Part shown: piece after piece, positions 1 through 8,092 of the stretch | Layout: the number at the start of each line of letters is the position of its first letter | How positions within the stretch are numbered: position 1 is the stretch's first letter | Assembly (NCBI GenBank): GCA_035478255.1 | Contig: DATIJV010000108.1 | Location: 1-61,194 of the forward strand | From: Gammaproteobacteria bacterium | GTDB taxonomy: Bacteria; Pseudomonadota; Gammaproteobacteria; DSM-16500 | Length of the DNA stretch: 61,194 bases | Reading direction: 5' to 3' | The notes under the pieces: model-generated | Told to the model about the DNA's origin: nothing | The model's database searches: none | What the model saw: the letters and a program-made list of their open reading frames with translations, nothing else | Program-made: the position numbers and the translations under genes

Positions 1-140
1 TACTTAATGTCCGGGATCTACTTATCATTTGGGTGGATCCCGGACATTAACTCACTCTAAATTCGCGAAAAGCGCGAATTAAGACTGAGTAAATTCCGGG
101 ATGACGCTCTAATCAGCTTTCGCTTAACTTAATGGCAGTG
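1..140 (-). mobile_element. Window-truncated copy of MITE-like nested-palindrome element (family A)
   Basis: Hand-checked: 1-140 is the exact reverse complement (140/140) of 13881-14020. It ends in the terminal repeat ...aatggcagtg and contains internal hairpins (atgtccgggatc/gatcccggacat; aattcgcg/cgcgaatt). Confidence 0.85.
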
Positions 141-170
141 GGGGAAAGGGGAAGGAGGTATTAAAAATTA
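141..170. repeat. Right-arm fragment of G/A-rich palindromic repeat (family B)
   Basis: ggggaaaggggaaggaggtattaaaaatta is identical (30/30) to 50235-50264. Confidence 0.8.
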
Positions 171-188
171 ATGTGACAGTGTACTAAT

Positions 189-1529
189 ATGCGATATACA
201 GAAATTAAAAAAATTACCCGGCAAATAATAAGTTTTGCTGTTCCATTGCAATTAGGAAGCATGTTTGTTGTTTTTACTGCGCTAATCAATACAAAAATTT
301 TAGGAAAAAATCAGATGGATCTTTATTTATTTGCAATTTTCGCACCAATTTCTTATTTTATTATTGCCTTTCAAGAATCATTTCGAGCTGTTGCAACAGG
401 CATTGCTGCGACCTATCGTACTGCCCCAAATGTGCGTTCTCTCTTTATCTGCCTATTATTAACAGCCGCCATATTTGGATTATTGTTTTATGGAATTTTT
501 TTAGAGTTTAAAAATAACATTATTTCTTTTTTGCAAGTAAACCCTAAGTTTTCCATAAAATTTCAACAGTTTTGTGAGCAAATGATTTTTGTCAATGTGT
601 TATTGATCACTCTGTCAATTATTTTAAATTCATTTATTACCGGACTCGGATTTAAAAAAACAGGATTATTATTTAGTCTAACAGCATCATTATTGACATC
701 CTCTTTTTTATATTTCGGGATAGTCTATTTAAAAGAAGATATCCATGCGCTCGTTATTTCATTGCAATTAACAGGAGTTATACTATGCAGTAGTATATTT
801 TATTTTTTATTAAAACAAACTATTTTCCAGATAAAATTTATAAAAATAACCAAAGCAGATTTTTGTATTATCCTGGGATCGATTAAAAAAATATATGTGC
901 CTATTTTTACATCTTATCTAACAATATTTGGCGGATTAATTGCATACAATTCAATTTTAGCCGATTATGGTAATGATGTTTTGTCTGGATATTTTGTTGG
1001 ATATCGATTGCAAGCATTAGTTATTTTGCCCGCAATTAGCATTGGCAGTGCCATGGCTATCCTGGTCAATCATGAAAAAGCAAATAAAGCAAAAAATTTT
1101 TTGACAATCACGTATATTGGAATTATTCTCTCTCTAATTTTTTACATATTAATAGGCGAATGCATTTATTATTTTCGTCATGAATTGATAAATTATTTGG
1201 TTTCATCAGCAGAAATTAAAAAGTCTGCAGATCATTATTTACAATATGTTTCGCGCACTGATTGGTTGTTTGGTCCCATGCTGGTTTTTTTGACCATGCT
1301 AGAGCAGACAGGCTATGGTTTATATGTTTTAATTGCTAATATTTTGTATGTTGGTTTGGTAGCTTCAATCGGTAAATATTTTTCTGTAACACATCACAAT
1401 TACATTTCATTTTATCAAACAATTTTCTACGCAAATTGTATTTTCCCCCTCCTGATTTTCTCGTCATTTTGGTTTTTTAAACGCATTAAGCATAACAGGA
1501 GAAATCTATGTTTATTCCAACAAATTTAG
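189..1529 (+). CDS. MATE/MOP-superfamily efflux transporter (polytopic membrane protein)
   Basis: 446-aa ORF, hydrophobic throughout (about 12 predicted TM stretches). The N-terminus 'ISFAVPLQLGSMFVVFTALINTKILGK' resembles MATE N-termini. Its 3' end overlaps the next gene. Confidence 0.7.
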   Translation: MRYTEIKKITRQIISFAVPLQLGSMFVVFTALINTKILGKNQMDLYLFAIFAPISYFIIAFQESFRAVATGIAATYRTAPNVRSLFICLLLTAAIFGLLFYGIFLEFKNNIISFLQVNPKFSIKFQQFCEQMIFVNVLLITLSIILNSFITGLGFKKTGLLFSLTASLLTSSFLYFGIVYLKEDIHALVISLQLTGVILCSSIFYFLLKQTIFQIKFIKITKADFCIILGSIKKIYVPIFTSYLTIFGGLIAYNSILADYGNDVLSGYFVGYRLQALVILPAISIGSAMAILVNHEKANKAKNFLTITYIGIILSLIFYILIGECIYYFRHELINYLVSSAEIKKSADHYLQYVSRTDWLFGPMLVFLTMLEQTGYGLYVLIANILYVGLVASIGKYFSVTHHNYISFYQTIFYANCIFPLLIFSSFWFFKRIKHNRRNLCLFQQI

Positions 1530-3058
1530 TTGATTATTTAATTCAAGCAGAAAGAAATAATTCGGACAAAATAGCAATTATTTCTGAAAATAAAAAATAT
1601 ACTTATGCTTATTTGCATGACGCCAGTAACCGAATTGCCAATGCCTTAATTGATGCTAAATTATCAAGAGGCGATCGGGTTGTCTTGTGTCTTGATAATT
1701 GTATCGAGACTATTATTTTATTTTGGGCAGTCCTTAAGGCAAATGGAATCGTGACAATTATCAATCCCAGTACTATCTCTCAAAAATTAAGTTATATTAT
1801 TGAAGATTCTGCTGCAAAATTTATTTTTGTCAAAAATAGGGGTTTTTTAAAAACTGAAAAGAATGAATTGCTCTGCCATCCAGAGAAAATTATAGGGGTA
1901 AATGATAATGAAAATAGTAATTATATAACATATAAAACTTTACTCGAGCACTCAAACAATAAATTGCCTTTAAGAAAAGTGATTGATATTGATTTGGCAG
2001 TCATTGTTTATACTTCTGGATCAACAGGCGTTCCAAAAGGCGTTATGCTAACTCACCGTAATATGTTGACGGCATCAATTTCTATTAATACTTATTTGAA
2101 ATTACAAGCAGAAGACGTATTGATATCTGCTTTACCTCTTTCATTTGATTATGGTTTGTATCAGATGATATTAACCATTTTAAATGGCGCAAGCTTAGTG
2201 TTAGAAAAAGATTTTACATGGCCAATTCAATTCATTAAACGTATTTCTGAAGAAAGAGCGACAATTTTTCCCGGGGTACCTACCATGTTTTCTATTTTGG
2301 CAAATCATGTGTCGAAAATTTCATATGAATTAAATTCAATACGTAGCGTAACGAATACCGGCGCTGCGCTTTTAGTACGGCATATTCATATTATTGAAAA
2401 ATTATTTCCACAGGCAGAGATTTTTTCCATGTATGGTTTGACTGAATGCAAACGCTGTACTTATTTGCCGCCAGAAGATATTTATCGAAAACCGGAAAGT
2501 GTGGGAATCGCAATTCCAAACACTGAAATGTGGATTGTCGATGAAGATGGAAATTCTGTGCCGTCAGGACAAGTCGGGCAATTGGTGATTCGCGGAGCAA
2601 CAGTTATGCAGGGATATTGGAACAAACCATTTGAATCAAACAAAGTGCTAAAAGAGGGTGTATTACCTGGTGAAAAAATTCTTTATACAGGTGACTTCGG
2701 GTATTTGGATGTTGAGGGATATTTTTATTATCACGGCAGAATGGATGAAACGATAAAAAGATTGGGAGAAAAAGTCAGTTTAAAAGAAATAGAAAATACT
2801 ATTTATCTTTTACCTGAAGTCAATGAAGTCGCTGTTATTGATGTGCCGGATGAAATAATGGGAACGTCTATTATCGTATTTGTCGGATCAAACAATTCAG
2901 TCGAAACAATGAGAGATAAAATAATTAACTATTGCAAGAGTACATTGCCTCGGACACATTGGCCGAAAACCGTGTTTGTGATGAATGAATTGCCAAGAAA
3001 CATTAATGGAAAATTTGATAAGGTATTTTTGAAAAATCAGCTTAACGAAACATCATAA
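1508..3058 (+). CDS. AMP-dependent synthetase/ligase (acyl-CoA/acyl-AMP ligase family)
   Basis: Motifs 'YTSGSTGVPKGV' (A3/P-loop-like), 'SFDYGLYQ', 'MYGLTEC', 'YTGDFGYLD', 'GRMDETIKRLGEKVSLKEIE'. aggag RBS upstream. The start overlaps the MATE gene by 22 nt. Confidence 0.9.
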   Translation: MFIPTNLVDYLIQAERNNSDKIAIISENKKYTYAYLHDASNRIANALIDAKLSRGDRVVLCLDNCIETIILFWAVLKANGIVTIINPSTISQKLSYIIEDSAAKFIFVKNRGFLKTEKNELLCHPEKIIGVNDNENSNYITYKTLLEHSNNKLPLRKVIDIDLAVIVYTSGSTGVPKGVMLTHRNMLTASISINTYLKLQAEDVLISALPLSFDYGLYQMILTILNGASLVLEKDFTWPIQFIKRISEERATIFPGVPTMFSILANHVSKISYELNSIRSVTNTGAALLVRHIHIIEKLFPQAEIFSMYGLTECKRCTYLPPEDIYRKPESVGIAIPNTEMWIVDEDGNSVPSGQVGQLVIRGATVMQGYWNKPFESNKVLKEGVLPGEKILYTGDFGYLDVEGYFYYHGRMDETIKRLGEKVSLKEIENTIYLLPEVNEVAVIDVPDEIMGTSIIVFVGSNNSVETMRDKIINYCKSTLPRTHWPKTVFVMNELPRNINGKFDKVFLKNQLNETS

Positions 3059-3079
3059 AAAATCGAAAAGGAAATAGAA

Positions 3080-4102
3080 ATGCGTTTGTTTCTGGGAATT
3101 TTAAGTTTGTTAGCGATTATTATCGCTATAAAATTATTTTGTTTTCACCGAATGAATACAAGCAAAAAAGATTCTCTCGTTTCTACTGTTGATGTTACTT
3201 ACGTTAAGCCCTTGCGCATTCAAAAATATATTTCTGCCAATGGAATGATAAAATCTCCTTTATCGGTTGATATTGTGTCAGATGTTTCTGGAAAAATTTT
3301 AAAAGTCTTGTTTGAGTCAGGGCAGAAAGTTCAGGCCGGTGATGTTCTTCTCATATTAGACCATGATATAATTTCAGCTGAAATTGAACAAGCCGAAGCA
3401 AAATATGCTTATCAAAGACGAAATTATCAGCGATTTTTAGAGTTATCCAAACATGGACTGATATCTAAAGATAATATTGATAACCTCAAATCTCAGCTCG
3501 ATCAAGAGCTCGCACAAATACACAGTTTAAATGCAGAGCTTGAAAAAAGAATGATTCGCGCTCCTTTTGCTGGAACGCTTGGGATCAGTAATGTTGTGAT
3601 AGGTCAATATATTCAACCGGCAGAAAAAATAGTCAACTTACAAAATACTGAATCACTTATGCTGGATTTGCTAGTGCCTGCGCAATATTTTAATACTATA
3701 GCTTTAGGCCAATTTGTCAGTATAGAAAAAATTGAAAATAAATGCGGTAAAGTCGAAGCTATTGATACAAAAATAGATTCACATACACACAGCTTAATGG
3801 TTCGTGTTCAAATAAAAAATTGTCACACTGCTTCAATTACAGGCGCATTTGTTTCTGCTTTTATTTTTACTTCTAGTGATAATTTCCTTTCCGTGCCTGC
3901 CACAGCTTTAAATTATTCTCTCGATGGTACATCTATTTTTACAGTGCGCGGCGATATAGCACAACAAATTCCAGTCGATGCGGATATCAGTAATGATGTG
4001 GCAATTATTAAGCAGGGAAATTTGCATGCAGGGGATTTGGTAATAAGTGTTGGTCAGGAAAAAATATTTGATGGTCAAAAAATTAAAATTCAACAGGGAT
4101 AA
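3080..4102 (+). CDS. RND efflux periplasmic adaptor (membrane fusion protein, HlyD/AcrA family)
   Basis: N-terminal TM anchor, a coiled-coil hairpin region (AEIEQAEAKYAYQRRNYQRF...LKSQLDQELAQIHSLNAELEK) and 'IRAPFAGTLG', typical of MFPs. Immediately precedes the RND pump gene. Confidence 0.85.
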   Translation: MRLFLGILSLLAIIIAIKLFCFHRMNTSKKDSLVSTVDVTYVKPLRIQKYISANGMIKSPLSVDIVSDVSGKILKVLFESGQKVQAGDVLLILDHDIISAEIEQAEAKYAYQRRNYQRFLELSKHGLISKDNIDNLKSQLDQELAQIHSLNAELEKRMIRAPFAGTLGISNVVIGQYIQPAEKIVNLQNTESLMLDLLVPAQYFNTIALGQFVSIEKIENKCGKVEAIDTKIDSHTHSLMVRVQIKNCHTASITGAFVSAFIFTSSDNFLSVPATALNYSLDGTSIFTVRGDIAQQIPVDADISNDVAIIKQGNLHAGDLVISVGQEKIFDGQKIKIQQG

Positions 4103-4106
4103 ATAA

Positions 4107-7100
4107 ATGAATTGGACAAGTTATTTTATAAAAAAACCCATATTATCCTTATCTCTATGCATTTTTATTTTGTTTTTTGGCGGGATGGCATTCTATCAAT
4201 TACCCTTTCGACTTGTTCCTAAAATCACTATGCCCATCATTGATGTTGAAACTGAATATGCTGGCGCATCAGCAGAAACGATACAAAGTACTTTGACAAA
4301 TGTATTGCAAAATACTTTTTTTGATTTACAAGGTATCGATTATATTCAATCCAGCAGCTCATTTGGAAAAAGTGATATCCAGATTCATTTTAAACTGGGT
4401 TGCAATGACCAGCTTCTTCTCAATAATGTTATGAATAAAATTCATTCTGTCAAACAGTTATTGCCAAAAGAAAGCGGCGATTCTATTGTCAAGAAATTAT
4501 CAGGAGATGATAAACCTGCTTTTATCATTGCATTTATGGGCCGCTCACTTTCAAATTTGGAAATCAATGATTATATCAAGCGCATGATAAAACCACGTAT
4601 CGAATTAATTCCTGATATTGCGGAAGTTGAAGTGATGGGGGAATCACCGGCAATGCGGATTTGGCTTGATCCCCATCGGTTAGATGAAAATTTTTTAACG
4701 CCGATGGACGTAGCAGAAAGTTTAAAAAATCAGAACATCACATCAAGCATTGGCATTCAAAAAACTGGCAGCACACAGTTTTTGCTCGATGCAAATAGTG
4801 CATTATTATCAGAACAGCAATTTAACCAAATCATCGTTAAATCATTAGGTGATAACGTACTTCGTCTCAAGGATATCGGGCATGCGAGTCTTGGGCCTGA
4901 TGGTAATAACATTACAACGATAGTGAATGGCACGCCTGCTACGATGGTGTTTGTAAAATTACTTCCAGAAGCCAACCCATTCGCAGTATCTAAAAAAATG
5001 AATGCCAGTTTGTCAGAGATCGAGAAAATTTTGCCAAAAAATATTCGCGCATCGGTGGTGTATGATACAAGCCGCTACATCAAATTAGCATTGTCTGATT
5101 TGACTAAAACAATTTTTATGACTTTTTTCATCATAATTGCAGTGGTTTTACTATTTCTTGGAAGTTTACGCGCAGCACTCATTCCAATTGTTGCCATACC
5201 ATTATCAATTATTGGTATGGGTTGGATCTTATGGTTGGGAAACGCATCGATTAATACATTGACTTTGCTTGCCATGGTGATTGCAATTGGTTTGGTAGTT
5301 GATGATGCGATTGTGGTCCTTGAAAATATATACCGATACCTTGAAAAGGGGATGGGAAGCAACACAGCTGCGCTAAGAGGTATAGAAGAAATGATAATAC
5401 CAGTGATCAGTATGAGCATTCTTCTTTCTGTTGCTTATTTGCCAATAATTTTTATCGGTGGATTAACAGGGAAAATTTTTAGTGAATTTGCTTTAGCATT
5501 GGCTGCTTCAGTTTTAATTTCTTGTATCGTCTCGATTATATTAACGCCCATGATGTGCTCTAAATTATTATTTTATCATAACAATCATTTTAATGAAAAA
5601 CTTATGAAAATTTTTAACTGGATGAAAGAAAGATATCAAGTAATCCTGATGCGTGTGTTAAGTTTCCGTGATGGGCATCTACTGGTAGGTCTCTTTTTTA
5701 TAATTTTATTATTAAGCGGATTATTATATTGCTCACTCCCCAAAGAACTTGCTTCTCGTGAAGATCAGGGTTTTTTGCAAATATTAGGTAAAGCACCGGC
5801 TTCTACTACTGATGCTTATTTAAAAAAATATACCAATCAATTAAATTCAATTTATCAAAAAAATTCGGAAATTGATCGATATATTTATATTAATAATGTG
5901 CCAGAAGAACATCAATTCTTATCATTTATTACACTCAAGCCAGAAAATCAGAGAAAACATTCAGCTAGAGAATTACGTTTAACAATACAGCAGCAATTGG
6001 ATGAAATTACTGGAATCAATGGAACAGTGATTGAGCCTCCTGCTTTGCCAGTGAGTGGCAGTATGCCAATAGAATTTATTTTAAAAAGTGAAATGGATTA
6101 TGGAAAATTATATCAATTAAGTGATAATTTAAAATTGCAAGCCATGAAGTCAGGAAAATTTTTATTTCTTGAGCAAGATGTGCATTTTGAGAAACCCCAA
6201 TATAATTTGAATATTGATAGAAATATAGCGGCGAATTTTGGAATCAATATCAATGATATTACCAATAATTTAAATTTAATGTTGGGCGATACTAAAATTC
6301 AGCAATTTACTATGCGAGGTGAAAATTATCCTGTTATTTTGCACATTACAAATGAGGCTGATGCTATTAACAAAATATATTTAAGAAATCAATCTGGAAA
6401 TATTGTCCCTTTAATTTCATTGATTGATATAAAAAAATCAATTAAAGCAGATTATTTAAATCAATTTCAAAAAATGCAATCGATTACGCTAAGCGGAGTT
6501 ATGCGTCCTGGATTGAGTGTGTCAGATGGATTAAATACCTTACAAAATGCGTTAAAAAAACTTTCAGATAATAACCATGTTTTAATTGATTATTCAGGAG
6601 AATCACGCGAATTAATCAAAGAAGTCAATCAGGGGTGGATTTTGTTTTTAGCAGCGTTTGTATTGATATATCTATTGCTAGCAATATTGTTTGAAAGTTT
6701 TATTTTGCCAATAATTGTTTTGTTTTCTTGCTTGCCCGGCGCTTTTTTTTCTGTACTATTTTCATTATATTTTACAAATTCCAGCATAAATCTTTATACA
6801 GAAATTGGCATGCTCACTTTAATGGGGTTAATTTCCAAGCATGGCATATTAATTATTCAATTTGCAGAAAAAATCCGACAAGACAAGAATATTTCACATC
6901 GTGAAGCAATACTAGAATCAGCCGCATTGAGGTTGCGTCCAATCATGATGACAACAGCAGCTATGTTTTTTTCAGGGTTACCATTAATCTTTTCATCCGG
7001 TGTTGGCTCTAAAAGTCATTTTGATTTAGGAATTGTGATTGTGTCAGGTATATCGATAGGAACTTTATTTGCTTTAATTTTAGTGCCATTTTTTTATTGT

Positions 7101-7157
7101 TTATTTTTTACTTTACGCTCAAAAAAATCAGACGAGGAGAATCCATGTTATATATGA
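4107..7157 (+). CDS. RND efflux permease (AcrB/HAE family inner-membrane pump)
   Basis: 1016 aa with two large periplasmic loops and 12 TM segments. 'AIGLVVDDAIVVLENI' is the conserved RND TM4 motif. Confidence 0.92.
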   Translation: MNWTSYFIKKPILSLSLCIFILFFGGMAFYQLPFRLVPKITMPIIDVETEYAGASAETIQSTLTNVLQNTFFDLQGIDYIQSSSSFGKSDIQIHFKLGCNDQLLLNNVMNKIHSVKQLLPKESGDSIVKKLSGDDKPAFIIAFMGRSLSNLEINDYIKRMIKPRIELIPDIAEVEVMGESPAMRIWLDPHRLDENFLTPMDVAESLKNQNITSSIGIQKTGSTQFLLDANSALLSEQQFNQIIVKSLGDNVLRLKDIGHASLGPDGNNITTIVNGTPATMVFVKLLPEANPFAVSKKMNASLSEIEKILPKNIRASVVYDTSRYIKLALSDLTKTIFMTFFIIIAVVLLFLGSLRAALIPIVAIPLSIIGMGWILWLGNASINTLTLLAMVIAIGLVVDDAIVVLENIYRYLEKGMGSNTAALRGIEEMIIPVISMSILLSVAYLPIIFIGGLTGKIFSEFALALAASVLISCIVSIILTPMMCSKLLFYHNNHFNEKLMKIFNWMKERYQVILMRVLSFRDGHLLVGLFFIILLLSGLLYCSLPKELASREDQGFLQILGKAPASTTDAYLKKYTNQLNSIYQKNSEIDRYIYINNVPEEHQFLSFITLKPENQRKHSARELRLTIQQQLDEITGINGTVIEPPALPVSGSMPIEFILKSEMDYGKLYQLSDNLKLQAMKSGKFLFLEQDVHFEKPQYNLNIDRNIAANFGININDITNNLNLMLGDTKIQQFTMRGENYPVILHITNEADAINKIYLRNQSGNIVPLISLIDIKKSIKADYLNQFQKMQSITLSGVMRPGLSVSDGLNTLQNALKKLSDNNHVLIDYSGESRELIKEVNQGWILFLAAFVLIYLLLAILFESFILPIIVLFSCLPGAFFSVLFSLYFTNSSINLYTEIGMLTLMGLISKHGILIIQFAEKIRQDKNISHREAILESAALRLRPIMMTTAAMFFSGLPLIFSSGVGSKSHFDLGIVIVSGISIGTLFALILVPFFYCLFFTLRSKKSDEENPCYI

Positions 7158-8074
7158 ACGATGCAAAATATTTTATTCCAGAAAAATATTTAACCATAGA
7201 ACAAGCCGGAAAATTACTTAATCTAAACGATATCGAAATAAAAGTTTATAAAAAAATTTATGGCATAGAAAAAATCCCTATTGCTCAGGAAATTCCGTTA
7301 TTGGATTTTATTAAATATCCTGTTGAAGAAATTATCAAAAATAATAACCTTAAAAAAAGCAGCATCAAATATCTGATCCATTGCCACACGGCAAAAGTAA
7401 TCGCACCTTTTGGCGATTCACTGATACGAAAAGTCAAAGAAGACCTGGGATTAAATGATACCATCGCATTTGGAACATCCATCAATAATTGTGCATCTGC
7501 CATTTCTTCCATTGATATGTTATCTCATGTTTTAGCCAGCCATGATGAATGTAATGCGATTATAGTTTGTGGTGATTATGCTTTTACTCATGTGTTGCGA
7601 TACATTCCTAACACTGCTATTTTGGGAGATGCCTCAACAGCTATTTTACTCAGTAAACAAGGAAACAAAAATAAATTGCTATCCAGTTCAATTAAAATTG
7701 CTGGAGAATATGCAGAAGGAATTTGGTTATCAGGCGATAAATTACAATCATTTGAAACTCAATACGTCCATTTATTTTCAAGTGTTATTTTAGATGCAAT
7801 CAATAAAGCAGGTTTAAAAAAAGAGCAAATTAATCTTATTATTCCGCATAACGTCAACATTCCTTCCTGGAAACGTGTGGCAGATAATATCAATATTCCA
7901 TTAGAAAAAATTTATTTAGAAAACATAAAAAAATATTCACATTGTTTTGGTTCAGATACTTTTATTAATTATGTCAGTGCAAAAAATGAAAGTAAGTTTA
8001 ATTCGGGTGATTACTATCTTATGGCAACCGTTGGCTTAGGAGCCACATTTGCTGCTGCTGTTTTTCAACATTAA
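7145..8074 (+). CDS. KAS III (FabH)-like thiolase-fold enzyme, non-canonical third catalytic motif
   Basis: Thiolase-fold length. Nucleophile context 'GTSINNCASAISS', His context 'IIPHNVN', C-terminal 'GLGATFAAAVF'. The start was moved from track position 7097 to the ATG at 7145 (gaggag RBS), overlapping the pump stop by 13 nt. Confidence 0.75.
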   Translation: MLYMNDAKYFIPEKYLTIEQAGKLLNLNDIEIKVYKKIYGIEKIPIAQEIPLLDFIKYPVEEIIKNNNLKKSSIKYLIHCHTAKVIAPFGDSLIRKVKEDLGLNDTIAFGTSINNCASAISSIDMLSHVLASHDECNAIIVCGDYAFTHVLRYIPNTAILGDASTAILLSKQGNKNKLLSSSIKIAGEYAEGIWLSGDKLQSFETQYVHLFSSVILDAINKAGLKKEQINLIIPHNVNIPSWKRVADNINIPLEKIYLENIKKYSHCFGSDTFINYVSAKNESKFNSGDYYLMATVGLGATFAAAVFQH

Positions 8075-8092
8075 AATCAAATAGGATAAGTT

